Source of the DNA: an uncultured delta proteobacterium | GTDB taxonomy: Bacteria; Myxococcota_A; Polyangia; Polyangiales; B10-G4 | Length of the DNA stretch: 64,000 nt | Reading direction: 5' to 3' | Assembly: GCA_963727445.1 (NCBI GenBank) | Contig: CAVSGI010000004.1 | Coordinates: 1-64,000 of the forward strand | Shown: piece by piece, positions 31,536 through 42,691 of the stretch | Position numbering within the stretch: the first letter of the stretch is position 1 | Layout of the letters: every line of letters begins with the position of its first letter | Program-made: the position numbers and the translations under genes | The notes under the pieces: generated by a model | Told to the model about the DNA's origin: nothing | The model's database searches: none | The model's input: only the letters and a program-made list of their open reading frames with translations

Positions 31536-32452
31536 CAGAAGTACCCCTCGCGCTTCTTGGCTTCCATCGAGCCATCTTCGTCGAAGTCGATGAGCCGGCC
31601 CTGGCGCTCCGAGAAGCGCGTCAAGAGCATCTCGCGGATCACTTCGGGGACGGTCTCGGCTTCGGACTCGACCGCGCCGGTGAGTGGGTAGCAGCCGAGG
31701 GTCCGGAAGCGGACCCGCTTCATCTGCGGCTTCTCCCCCTCCTTCAGGCGCATGCGGTCGTCATCGACCATGATCCAGGTGCCCTCGCGCTCGACCACCG
31801 GCCGCTCGTCGGCGAAGTACAGCGGCACGACCGGGATCTTCTCGACCCAGATGTAGAGCCAGACGTCGAGCTCGGTCCAGTTCGACAGCGGGAAGACCCG
31901 CACGCTCTCGCCCTTGAGGATCTTCGAGTTGTAGATGTTCCACAGCTCGGGCCGCTGGTTCTTCGGATCCCACTGCTGGTGCCGATCGCGGAAGGAGTAG
32001 ATGCGCTCCTTCGCGCGCGACTTCTCTTCGTCGCGGCGCGCGCCACCGAAGGCGCAGTCGAACTGGTACTTCTCGAGCGCCTGGAGCAGGCCCTCGGTCT
32101 TCATCACCGTCGTGTACTTGTTCGAGCCGTAGTCGAAGGGATTGACGTTCGCTTCGACACCCTCCTGGTTGATGTGCTCGATCAGCTCGATCCCGTGCTT
32201 CGCTGCGTAGCGATTGCGGAACTCGATCATCTCCCGGAACTTCCACGTGGTGTTCACGTGCATCAGGGGGAAGGGGATGGGCGCCGGGTGGAACGCCTTC
32301 TGGGCGAGGTGCGCCATCACCGACGAGTCCTTGCCGATGCTGTAGAGCATCACCGGACGGTCGAACTCGGCCGACGCCTCGCGGATGATGTGGATGCTCT
32401 CCGCTTCGAGCTGGCGCAGGTGGGTGAGGGCCTTTTCGTGGAGGACGGTCAT
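31535..32452 (-). CDS. cysD: Sulfate adenylyltransferase subunit 2
   Basis: [42 protein letters not shown] and [11 protein letters not shown]. Confidence 0.98.
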   Translation of the reverse strand: MTVLHEKALTHLRQLEAESIHIIREASAEFDRPVMLYSIGKDSSVMAHLAQKAFHPAPIPFPLMHVNTTWKFREMIEFRNRYAAKHGIELIEHINQEGVEANVNPFDYGSNKYTTVMKTEGLLQALEKYQFDCAFGGARRDEEKSRAKERIYSFRDRHQQWDPKNQRPELWNIYNSKILKGESVRVFPLSNWTELDVWLYIWVEKIPVVPLYFADERPVVEREGTWIMVDDDRMRLKEGEKPQMKRVRFRTLGCYPLTGAVESEAETVPEVIREMLLTRFSERQGRLIDFDEDGSMEAKKREGYF

Positions 32453-32664
32453 GTTGGGCCAGTGGCTGGGGTCGATTCGCTTAGCACGGTTGCCCCCCGC
32501 TGGGGGTCATTCATCCGCCATGTCGTAGAGCCCCGCACATCTGCTGCAAAGTGCCCGGGTCCACTGCCGGATGCGAGCTAAATTGTCCAGTTATTCCAGG
32601 GAGTGTCGCGCAACTCGATCAGGATTGGCCATGGCATGGGGCTCGAACCTATGGTTCGGGCCCT

Positions 32665-33600
32665 GTGCCTGCACCCGCTGACGGCTCCCGCATCGACGCG
32701 CTCCTCGAAGCCATCGAGCCCTACCGCAACGCGGTGGTGGTGATCGGGATCGTGGGCGTGTTGATCCTGGCCTTCCAGGTGCCGGCCGCGCGCACGCCGA
32801 TCGCACACGGGCTCATGTACGGCTTCGGGGGCCTGCTCGCGCTCCTCGCGTGGACGCGGGTGCGTGACGGAAGCGGTGGGCTGTCGATCAGCTGGCTTCT
32901 GGTCGCCGCGGCGGTGACCGCCGCCAGTGCCTACGCCGCCCACCGCGGCATCGATCCGGGCTCGCCACTCGACACCGCGGAGCTCCGCGCCGTCGGCGAG
33001 GTTCGAGAGCTCGACCTGCCTGACGGCGGTGCCCCGTTTCGTCTTCGCGTTCAGGGCGAGCTCGAAGGGAGCCGCCGCGAAAGCGCACGCGCTTCGTATC
33101 AGCTCTATCTGTCGCGCGGCGACGACGACCTCCGCGTGCGGGGCGAGCTGCACCGCGAGGTGCGCGAGGAGCCGAGCCGCGGCGGGCCGCCGCGGCGCTC
33201 GATCTCGATCCACCGGACCGACGATCACGACCTCGAGCTCGGCGGCTCGGGCCCGGCGTCGATCACGCCCATGGAGCTCGAAGGCTTCGGCGGTCCCCTC
33301 GAGGCGCAGGTCCTCGTGCCCTTCGGCCTCGCGCCGTGGTGGCTCGGGCTCCTGGGTGCGCTGCTTCTCGCCACCATCGCCCTCGAAGTGATGAGCGCGC
33401 GCGCGCTGTCCTGGGCGCCGATCACCGCGGTTAGCGGATTCACGATGGTCCTGGGCGAGTACGTCGCGCTTCGCTACGACCTCGACCAGCCGCTGATCAC
33501 GCTCCTCGGCGGCACCGTGTTCTCCGGCGTGGTCGGCGGCGTCGGCGGGCTGGTGCTCGGCATCGGCGCGACCTGGCTCGCGCGCCGCCTCGGCGGCTGA
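32665..33600 (+). CDS. Hypothetical multi-pass membrane protein
   Basis: Three N-terminal and three C-terminal hydrophobic helices flank a soluble beta domain. Start approximate. Confidence 0.7.
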   Translation: MPAPADGSRIDALLEAIEPYRNAVVVIGIVGVLILAFQVPAARTPIAHGLMYGFGGLLALLAWTRVRDGSGGLSISWLLVAAAVTAASAYAAHRGIDPGSPLDTAELRAVGEVRELDLPDGGAPFRLRVQGELEGSRRESARASYQLYLSRGDDDLRVRGELHREVREEPSRGGPPRRSISIHRTDDHDLELGGSGPASITPMELEGFGGPLEAQVLVPFGLAPWWLGLLGALLLATIALEVMSARALSWAPITAVSGFTMVLGEYVALRYDLDQPLITLLGGTVFSGVVGGVGGLVLGIGATWLARRLGG

Positions 33601-33601
33601 C

Positions 33602-34936
33602 TCACTCCGCCTGGGGTGGCGTCTCGCCCGGCGGCGCCTCGCCCGGCGGCGTCTCGGGCGTGCTCGGCTCTTCGCCCACGGTCATCCCCTCCGCCTCTTC
33701 CGCGAAGCGCGCCTGCGCCTCGGTGACCATCTGGGTCATGTCGATGATCGCTTCCTGCAGGTCTTCCTGATGATGCTCGATGAAGCTCTTCTGCGCGCGG
33801 CGGAGCTGGGCGTCGAGGGGCGCGGCGATCTGGTTCACGTGACCGCGGCCGAGCTGAAGGCCCACGTCGTAGGCGATGTCGCGCAGCACCTCGGGGCTCT
33901 CGATCTCGTGCAGGTCCATCTCTTTGTAGTTGTCTGCCCAGCCGTGGATCCAGAAGGTGTGGCCCTCGATCTGCGCGTAGCCGAGGTAGGGGTAGGGGCG
34001 GTAGGCGATGCGCGCCTGGCCGACGAGCACCCGGAAGGGATCGAGGTTTTGCGTGTGTCCGATGCAGCGGATGCCGGACAGATCCCGCACCTCCTTCGCC
34101 TCGAGGATGACGTCGTCGTTGGGATCGGAGGTCGGCCCCTCGACACGCACCAGATACTTCATGTCGAGGGCGCTGCCGATGCCCAGGGGATGGGTGCCCA
34201 CCTTCTTGATCGTGAAGAAGTCGCGCGGCAGCGAACGGTGCGACTCCACCATCGCATCGATGTAGTCGCGCGCCGCGAGCTCGAAGCGGCGCCGCTCGTC
34301 GTCGTCGAGCTCGGTCATGATGTCGTCGACCCACGCCAGGAACTCCGCGCGGTCGCGGCTGAAGCCCTCGCGGATCTGGGTGGCGATCTCTGGCTCCTCC
34401 ACCTCGCGATCGGGATCGTCGAGGGCCTCGACGTAGCCGCGCAGGAACTCGTCCAGGATCGGCTGCTCGTGGGACTGCCATCCGCGCTCCTGACACACCA
34501 GGCGAAGGCTCGTTCCGAAGCGGACCAGATCGAGGAGCGCCGGGCCGGAGGAAGAATCGTCGTAGTCGGTGAGGCCGCGGCCGAAGTTGGTCACGGCGTA
34601 CTGCTCGACGTGGGCGTCGCCGTGGAGGTTGACCGAGGGCAGCCCCTCGATCTCTTCGGAGAAGCGCTGGCAGAGCGTGTCCGAGAAGGGCACGTTCACG
34701 AAGCGGAAATACCCGTGGGGCCCACCCCGGAGGCGATCGAGGAGACGTTGGTTGCCCTGGAAGTCGATGCGGCCGGGGGGAATGTAGAGGGGGTTGATCT
34801 CGGGGTCGATCACCTCCTGGCTCTCGGCCGCCGCGGCCGTCTCGGTGGTGTCGTTCGTCCCTCCGCCCCCGGCACAGTCGCCGCAGCCTGCGGACATGGC
34901 GAGGAGGGCGAAGAGGAGCGGGAGACGAACGGCCAT
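33602..34936 (-). CDS. DUF2252-family (kinase-like) lipoprotein
   Basis: Lipobox MSAGC, GYFRF, LHGDAHVEQY, DYDD and GIGS...VILEAKE. Confidence 0.8.
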   Translation of the reverse strand: MAVRLPLLFALLAMSAGCGDCAGGGGTNDTTETAAAAESQEVIDPEINPLYIPPGRIDFQGNQRLLDRLRGGPHGYFRFVNVPFSDTLCQRFSEEIEGLPSVNLHGDAHVEQYAVTNFGRGLTDYDDSSSGPALLDLVRFGTSLRLVCQERGWQSHEQPILDEFLRGYVEALDDPDREVEEPEIATQIREGFSRDRAEFLAWVDDIMTELDDDERRRFELAARDYIDAMVESHRSLPRDFFTIKKVGTHPLGIGSALDMKYLVRVEGPTSDPNDDVILEAKEVRDLSGIRCIGHTQNLDPFRVLVGQARIAYRPYPYLGYAQIEGHTFWIHGWADNYKEMDLHEIESPEVLRDIAYDVGLQLGRGHVNQIAAPLDAQLRRAQKSFIEHHQEDLQEAIIDMTQMVTEAQARFAEEAEGMTVGEEPSTPETPPGEAPPGETPPQAE

Positions 34937-34958
34937 GTCGGTGCTGAAGGCTAGTCCA

Positions 34959-36023
34959 TCAACTGGCGGAAAGCCCGACCAATCGGCAGGCGATGGAGCT
35001 CAGATGAGCGACCGCCGCGCCGTACATCGCCGCGTCGTCGCTCGAGGCGTTGCCCTGCTGGCTGCGGGCGAAGACGCCCTGCGCGATGGCCGCCAGACGG
35101 AAGAGGCTGAAGGCCTTGAACCAGGCCCACTCGTCGTGCGGCAGCGGGCTTCGCCCGGTCGCTTCACAGTAAGCAGCGACGAAAGCCCCTTCGGTGGGGA
35201 TGCCGGTGGCTTCGAAGTCCACACCCAACAGGCCCCCGACCCGCGGCAAGGCGACGTCGTAGAGCATGCAGACGTAGGCGAGGTCCGACAGGGGATGGCC
35301 GAGGGTCGACAGCTCCCAGTCGATCACCGAGAGCACGCGCGCTTCGGACGCGTCGAAGATGAGGTTGTCGAGGCGGTAGTCGCCGTGGACCAGGGTCGTC
35401 TCGTCGTTGTCCGGAAGGTTTTCGGGAAGCCAGGCGATGAGCGCGTCCATCGGCGCCACCTCCTGGGTCTCGGAGGCGCGGTACTGCTTGGACCAACGGC
35501 TGACCTGCCGCGCGACGTAACCGCCACGCTTGCCGTAGTCGCCGAGGCCGACGGCGTCGACGTCGACGGTGTGGAGCGCCGAGAGCACGCGGATGGCTTC
35601 GGCGTAGATCGCCCGCCGCTCGTCGGGCGTCTGCTCGGGCAGCTGAACGTTCCAGAAGATGCGGCCGTTCAGGTAGTCCATCACGAAGAAGGGCGTGCCG
35701 ACGACCTCCGGGTCCTCACAGAGGGCGTAGGTGCGCGCGACAGGTACGTCGGTGTCGCGGAGCGCGGTCATGACGCGGTACTCGCGCTCGACAGCATGGG
35801 CCGAGGGCAGGAGCTTGCCGGGCGGCTTCTTGCGAAGCGCGTAGGCGTGGCCCTCGGTGCCGATCCAGTAGGTCGGATTCGACTGCCCCCCGCGGAATTT
35901 CCGCACCGCGAGCTCGGGGCCGACGAAGCCTTCGACGTGCTCTTTCATCCACGCGGCGAGCCTGTCGGCGTCGATCCGGTGGGCGTCTCTCGGCTCGCGC
36001 GTGTTTTCGGGTGCCTGCATCAC
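34959..36023 (-). CDS. APH-family phosphotransferase (ACAD10/11 N-terminal-like)
   Basis: GGQSNPTY, LRKKPPG..SAHAVERE, HGDYRLDN and IDWELSTLG. Confidence 0.93.
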   Translation of the reverse strand: MMQAPENTREPRDAHRIDADRLAAWMKEHVEGFVGPELAVRKFRGGQSNPTYWIGTEGHAYALRKKPPGKLLPSAHAVEREYRVMTALRDTDVPVARTYALCEDPEVVGTPFFVMDYLNGRIFWNVQLPEQTPDERRAIYAEAIRVLSALHTVDVDAVGLGDYGKRGGYVARQVSRWSKQYRASETQEVAPMDALIAWLPENLPDNDETTLVHGDYRLDNLIFDASEARVLSVIDWELSTLGHPLSDLAYVCMLYDVALPRVGGLLGVDFEATGIPTEGAFVAAYCEATGRSPLPHDEWAWFKAFSLFRLAAIAQGVFARSQQGNASSDDAAMYGAAVAHLSSIACRLVGLSAS

Positions 36024-36781
36024 GACATGGACCAGCCACCGTCGACGGTGAGCACCGCGCCGGTCACGAAGGAGGCGTCGTCGCTGGCGAGGAAGGCGGC
36101 CGCTCCCGCCACGTCTTCGGGCGTTCCCACGCGCTTGATGGCGCAGCGGTCGAGGACCATCTTCAGGATCTCTTCGTTGCTGGTGAGCGCGTGAGCGAAG
36201 CGCGTCTCGATCAGGCCCGGACAGATGGCGTTGACGCGGATGCCGGCGCCGCCGAGCTCCATCGCCAGGGTGCGAGTCATCGAGACGACGGCCGCCTTGG
36301 TCATGCCGTAGACACCCTGCATGGGCGCGGCCATCAGGCCGAGCACGCTGCTCACGTTCACGATGGAGCCGGGAGCGCCGCGGTCCATCAAGTGCTTGGC
36401 CACCGCGCGCGCCGCCTCGAAGTAGCCCTTGGCGTTGACCTCGAAGGTCTTGTCCCAGGCGCGATCCTCGAGGTGCATCATCGGGCCGAAGTACGGATTT
36501 GTCCCGGCGTTGTTCACCAGCACGTCGACCTTGCCGAGCTCGTTCACAGCTCTGTCGATCAACGCCTCGACCTCCTCTTTCTTCCCGGTGTGGCAGGCGA
36601 TGGCGAGGCAGGTGCCGCCGGCTTCGCGGATCGAGGCCGCGACGGGATCGAGGCCTTCCTGCTTTCGGGAAGCGATCACCACCTTGGCGCCTTCAGCGGC
36701 GAAGCGGCGTGCGATGGCTTCGCCGATGCCGCGGCTGCCGCCGGTCACGATCGCGACCTTGTCATCGAGTCGAGCAGTCAT
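36020..36781 (-). CDS. Short-chain dehydrogenase/reductase (DHRS4-like)
   Basis: TGGSRGIG, NNAGTNP, YGMTK and VDGG. Confidence 0.95.
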   Translation of the reverse strand: MTARLDDKVAIVTGGSRGIGEAIARRFAAEGAKVVIASRKQEGLDPVAASIREAGGTCLAIACHTGKKEEVEALIDRAVNELGKVDVLVNNAGTNPYFGPMMHLEDRAWDKTFEVNAKGYFEAARAVAKHLMDRGAPGSIVNVSSVLGLMAAPMQGVYGMTKAAVVSMTRTLAMELGGAGIRVNAICPGLIETRFAHALTSNEEILKMVLDRCAIKRVGTPEDVAGAAAFLASDDASFVTGAVLTVDGGWSMS

Positions 36782-36835
36782 GGCCGGGGAGAGTACACTG
36801 GCCAACCCCGCTGTCGGGCTCTAGCTCTCGTCCAG

Positions 36836-38005
<1,170 letters not shown>

Positions 38006-39743
38006 TCACGGGACGAAGGTGATCGCGCCTTCGAGGGTCAGGTAGCCGCCGGTGGTGGTGACGCGGTTCGGGACGAGATCGAAGCCGTAGAGGGAGGGGA
38101 CCGCCACGGCGGCCCCACCGAGGAGGTCGGGGGCCAGCGTCGTCACGAGGTCGTCGAGGAGTGAGGAGAGCTCGGCGCCGGTGGGCGCGGTGGCGCTTCC
38201 GTCCATGACGTCGGCGCGGATGTCGGAGATCGCCGAGGGCGATGGCGATGCTGCCGCCGGCGGCGCTCGCGGAGGCCGGAGCGAAGACGCCGACCGAGAT
38301 GGTGGCGAGCTCCATCTCGCCGCCGTCGACCTGCGCGATGAAGGTGATGCGGAGGTCCGCGGCCTGAACCTCGACGCCGTCGGTCGCGCTGGGGACGACC
38401 ATGGGTGGGATGCGGGGGGAGACGTCGATGACCAGCGGTGCGTCGGCGGGCGCGCTGCCGGCGGTGAAGGGCAGGAGCAGGGCGAGAGCGCCGACGGTGA
38501 GCGGGCCGCCGCCGAAGGTGAGCCCTTCGATGCGCTGATCGAGGCCGCCGCCCGCCCAGAGCGCGGAGAAGGCCGCGTTGAGCGCGTCGAAGGCGACGGC
38601 GACCGAGACCTCGTCACCGGTGGGGGGCGCGGCGCCGTGCGGGAGCTGGAGGTAGCCGATGCTGCCGCGGGAGGGCAGGGGCATCGCCGCGCTCACGCCG
38701 AGATCGATCGCGGTGCCGATGCCGCCGGGATCGATCGTGAGGGCGCCGACGGAGACCGTGAGGTTCAGGGGCGTCTCCAGCACGTCGACGGTTTCGCCGC
38801 TGGGGATGGCGGCGATGCCGTCGGCGACGAGGGGCGGGAGCAGAGCGCGCACGGCGCCATCGAGCGCGTTCTCGGCCGCGTTCTGGATGGCGTCGCGGAC
38901 CGCGCCGAGGTTCTCGATGGCGTCGGGGAAGTTGTCGACGTCGATCACGGTGCCAGAGAGGTCGACGTTCGACGACTCGACGTTCGCCGTGAGGTGGCCG
39001 GCGTCAGCACCGAGCGCGAGCGTCGCGGAGACGCGCACGGAATCGGCGCGAAGCTCGCCGTTGGCGCTGCCGATGAGCGTGCTCGCGCGGGCGCGGACGG
39101 TGATCCCCGCGACCGCGACCGAGGCGGTGATGCGGCCGTCGCCGGGCGTGAGCGTGATGGTCACCGCGCCGTGGTCTTCGCCGCGCAGGTTCACCTCGCC
39201 CCAGAACCCGTCGGCGACCGGGTTCGCGCCGTCGAGCTGCGCGTCGAAGCTGGCCTCGGTGAGGATGGTGCCAGCGCCATCGGCGATCACGTCGAGAGCC
39301 GCGCTGCTCACGTCGGCCAGCACCGCACCCTCCACCATCGTGGTCGGGTCGGCGAAGGTGCCGTTCGCGAAGGCCGTGAAGGTCTCGCCCGTGCGGCCGC
39401 CGGCGTCCGTCGCGACGAGGCGGATGCGGTGCGAGCCGGGCTCGAAGGAGAGCGTCTGCGTGAAGCTGCCGTCGGGGGCGACGTCGATGGCGGTTCCCTC
39501 GTCGGTCGCGAGCGTCACGGGACTCTCGTCGTCGACGCGCCCGACCAGTCGCACCTCGGAGCCGGGCAGGATGGCGCCGATGGTCGGCTCCACCAGGAGG
39601 ATGACCGGGTCGGCCCCATCGTCGGGGAGCATGGTGCCGTCCCCCGTCCCGCCGCTGGTCACACCATCGAGATTGCCGGTGCAGCCAGCGGCGAGGACGG
39701 GAGAGAGCAGGAGGAGCATGCTCAGCCAGGGGAACCGCAGCAC
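38006..39743 (-). CDS. Lipoprotein with Ig-like domain and long beta-rich (possibly BPI/TULIP-like) region, frameshift at ~38230
   Basis: Lipobox LAAGC, Ig-like ...GSHRIRLVATDAGG, and a C-terminus in a second frame ending at 38006. Confidence 0.75.
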
Positions 39744-39929
39744 GCCTCTGTGAACAGCAAAGGCCGCGCCACCATGGTTTCCATGGCGTTTCTCGGGATC
39801 GGGGGTATTCGCACCCCGGGAATTCGGCACGAAGACGGCTCTGTAGGGGTCTGGGGTCACCAGGGGCGGGACGGTGGGCAGGCGCCGGTGAGGTCGCCCC
39901 TGGTGATGCGCGGCGTGGGGACCACCGGC

Positions 39930-40130
39930 TTTGGCTGATGAAGGGAAGCGGGGGCTTCGCGTCGGGGCAGAGGGTGGTGTGCCGGCGTTTGGGTGTGCGG
40001 GGACGGGGGTCGGAGCGGCGCGTTGGTTGGGCTGTGGGGGAGAGCGCCGCCCGTGGCGGATGGGCCATGGGAGAGGTCTCGGGCCGCGGCCGCTTCGCGG
40101 CCTCTGTCCGGCGGGGGCGCCGGACGCGTG
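39930..40130 (+). repeat. Diverged copy of the 276-bp leader unit
   Basis: GGGTCGGAGCGG and GAGGTCTCGGGCCGCGGCCGCTTCGCGGCCTCTGTCCGGCG-GGGG-CGCCGGACGCG match the minus strand of 23560-23800. Confidence 0.85.
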
Positions 40131-40153
40131 ACCGGCGTGATGGTGGGCGCGAT

Positions 40154-40303
40154 GCGGTCACAAGTGCGGGTGTCGCCTGCAACGCCGGGAGAAGTGACCG
40201 CGACGCGGTCGCAAGTGCGGGTGTCGCGTGCAACGCCGGGAGAAGTGACCGCGACGCGGTCACAAGTGCGGATGTCGCGTGCAACGCCGGGAGAAGTGAC
40301 CGC
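40154..40303. repeat. Three tandem 51-bp hairpin units of the same family as 23120-23550, in opposite orientation
   Basis: GCGGTCRCAAG at 40154, 40205 and 40256 aligns without gaps to the reverse complement of the 23-kb unit. Confidence 0.92.
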
Positions 40304-40388
40304 GCAGGCGTTCGCTCTACTCCCGCGCGGGGAATGAGTGTTTCGGGGCGCTACTTTCCCCAGGGAAAGGTCCGCCTGCGCCGTCCGC

Positions 40389-40979
40389 TTACGTCTGCTC
40401 GCGGCCGATCAACTTGTCGAAGCTCGGCGGCTCGTGGGTCTTGAGCGTCTTGACCAATCGATGGGCGTCGTCGTCGAAAATCAACAGCGCGCGGTGCTCT
40501 TTGGCGAGGAGGCCGGCTTCGACGGCGCCGTCGAGGAAGGTGTGCAGGGGGGTGTAGTAGCCGGCGACGTCGAGGACGCCGATGGGCTTCCGGTGCATGC
40601 CGAGCTGACCCCAGGTCGAGATCTCGAAGAGCTCTTCGAAGGTGCCGAAGCCGCCGGGGAGGGCGAGGAAGGCGTCGGCGAGCTCGTACATCTGCACCTT
40701 GCGCTCGTGCATGGATCCGACGACGAAGAGCTCGGTGAGGCCACCGTGGGAGACCTCCCGGTCGGCGAGCTGCTTGGGGATGACTCCGCGGACTTCGGCG
40801 CCGGCGTCGAGGGCGGCGTCGGCGAGCGCTCCCATGAGTCCCACGCTCGCGCCGCCGTAGACGAGGCCGAAGCCCTCTTCCGCGAGCGCGCGGCCGACGG
40901 CACGCGCGGCCTCGAAGTACTGGGGCGCGGCGTTGTTGCTCGAGCCGAGGAAGACGCAGAGTTGACGACAATCGGACAT
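40389..40979 (-). CDS. LOG-family nucleotide phosphoribohydrolase (TIGR00730-like)
   Basis: LVYGG..GLMG, SMHERK and ALPGGFGTFEE. Confidence 0.95.
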   Translation of the reverse strand: MSDCRQLCVFLGSSNNAAPQYFEAARAVGRALAEEGFGLVYGGASVGLMGALADAALDAGAEVRGVIPKQLADREVSHGGLTELFVVGSMHERKVQMYELADAFLALPGGFGTFEELFEISTWGQLGMHRKPIGVLDVAGYYTPLHTFLDGAVEAGLLAKEHRALLIFDDDAHRLVKTLKTHEPPSFDKLIGREQT

Positions 40980-40996
40980 GTTCGAGCCGTGTACCG

Positions 40997-41076
40997 CAGG
41001 GGACGCTGGATTGACCAATTGACTTTCGCGAAGACGGGGAGGGTCGAGAAGTCAATTGTCAATCTAGCGTCCCCTG
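40997..41076. mobile_element. 80-bp MITE/REPIN-like element with ~32-bp inverted ends
   Basis: The left arm is CAGGGGACGCTGGATTGACCAATTGACTTTCG. The reverse complement of the right arm is CAGGGGACGCTAGATTGACAATTGACTTCTCG. Confidence 0.6.
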
Positions 41077-41343
41077 GCGTGTCAGCCACGCGTTGAGCTC
41101 GGCCCGCAGATCTTCGGGCATGTCGCGGAGAGGACCCGAGGCACGGAAGGCCTCGTAGCTCTGCTCTTCGACGTCGTGCTCGCCCTCGCCGCCTGCGTCG
41201 GCGAAGACGTGGCTCCAGCGGAACCAACGCAGGCCCTCGTCGGTGGTGGTCACGCCCTCGTAGCGCTCGCTGTCCTCGCCGTCGTTCCAGCGAAAGGTGC
41301 GATGTGGGCTCTTCAACCAGCGTTCGAGACGACCCCGATCCAT
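41059..41343 (-). CDS. Small hypothetical protein (94 aa)
   Basis: MDRGRLERWL...FRWSHVF... with a globular composition. Confidence 0.7.
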   Translation of the reverse strand: MDRGRLERWLKSPHRTFRWNDGEDSERYEGVTTTDEGLRWFRWSHVFADAGGEGEHDVEEQSYEAFRASGPLRDMPEDLRAELNAWLTRQGTLD

Positions 41344-41388
41344 GAGCGGGGTATGGCCGACGCGGCGAAGGGGTGCAATAAGCCCGCC

Positions 41389-42681
41389 GTGGCGGAGGCC
41401 GGCAGGGATGAATCGAGGCGGGGACTGCTCGCAGCCCTGGGGCCGGGGGTGCTCTTCACCGGTGCCGCGGTCGGCGTCTCCCACCTGGTGCAGTCGACCC
41501 GCGCGGGCGCGGTCTTCGGCCTCGGCCTCTTCTTCGTTGTGATCGCCGCCAACGTCGTGAAGTACCCCGCCTTCCGCTTCGGCCCCCACTACGCCGCGGC
41601 CACCGGCACCTCGCTCCTCGAGGGCTATCGCCGCCAGGGGAAGTGGGCGCTGGTGCTCTACGGCCTGCTCACCATCGGCACCATGTTCACGGTGCAGGCG
41701 GCGGTGACGCTCATGACCGCGGGCCTGCTCGGCGCGCTCCTCGGCGTGCATGTCGGTCCCGTCGTCCTCTCCGCGTCGATCATGGGTGTGTGCATCGCGA
41801 TCGTCGCCGCCGGACGCTTCCGGTGGCTCGATCGCATCAGCAAGGCGCTGGTCTCGACCCTCGCGCTCAGCACCGTGGTCGCCGCCGCGGTGGCGCTGCC
41901 CAAGCTCGACCTCTCCACCACGTCCATCATCCCCGACGCCTCGGTCCTCGAGCCACGCTCGCTGATGTTCGTCGCGGCCCTGGTCGGCTGGATGCCCTCC
42001 GCCATCGACGTCGCGGTCTGGCAGTCGCTCTGGACGCTGGCCCGCGAGGACGACACCAAGCATCGACCGACCCTGCGGGAGTCGATGTTCGACTTCCACC
42101 TCGGCTACTGGGGCACCGCCTTCCTCGCCCTCTGCTTCGTCGTGCTCGGGGCTGCGCTGATCCACGGGCGTGACGTGGAGATCGCGCAGGGAGCGGGCGC
42201 CTTCGCCGCGCAGGTGGTGAGCCTCTATACCGAGGTGCTCGGCGAATGGAGCCGGCCGCTGATCGGCGTCTGCGCCTTCGCCACCATGCTGTCCACCACC
42301 CTCACCGTGGTGGACGGTTTCCCGCGGGCGCTGACCGTCCTGGTCGACCGCTTTCGTGCGGCGGAAGAGCGTGGCGAGGCGGGGGCCCTCTCGGGCCGCG
42401 ATCGCCGCATGTACTGGGCCACGCTCGCCGTCCTGGGCGCCGGCTCGCTCGCGGTGATCGCCCTTTTCGTCCGCAATCTCCTGGCGATGGTGGATGTCGC
42501 GACGACGCTTTCCTTTTTGACCGCGCCGATCCTCGCCTGGCTCAATCACCGGGCCGTGCTAGGCACCGAGGTTGTCGAAGAAGCCCGACCCACCCCTTTC
42601 TTGGTGCGGGCCAGCCAAGGGTCGATCTTGGTGCTCACTGCCTTCGCCCTGTATTACCTCGTCCTTCGTTTCGGGACCTGA
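41389..42681 (+). CDS. NRAMP-like divalent metal transporter
   Basis: LGPGVLFTGAAVGVSHLVQSTRAGA, GWMPSAID and about 11 TM helices. Start may be 41353. Confidence 0.88.
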   Translation: MAEAGRDESRRGLLAALGPGVLFTGAAVGVSHLVQSTRAGAVFGLGLFFVVIAANVVKYPAFRFGPHYAAATGTSLLEGYRRQGKWALVLYGLLTIGTMFTVQAAVTLMTAGLLGALLGVHVGPVVLSASIMGVCIAIVAAGRFRWLDRISKALVSTLALSTVVAAAVALPKLDLSTTSIIPDASVLEPRSLMFVAALVGWMPSAIDVAVWQSLWTLAREDDTKHRPTLRESMFDFHLGYWGTAFLALCFVVLGAALIHGRDVEIAQGAGAFAAQVVSLYTEVLGEWSRPLIGVCAFATMLSTTLTVVDGFPRALTVLVDRFRAAEERGEAGALSGRDRRMYWATLAVLGAGSLAVIALFVRNLLAMVDVATTLSFLTAPILAWLNHRAVLGTEVVEEARPTPFLVRASQGSILVLTAFALYYLVLRFGT

Positions 42682-42691
42682 TTCCTCTTCC

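Noticed and set aside
32453..32600. SAM riboswitch upstream of cysD
   Set aside because: Only a short GGCAACC/GTGCTAA resemblance. The ATCxAGAG core and P1-P4 architecture are not found.
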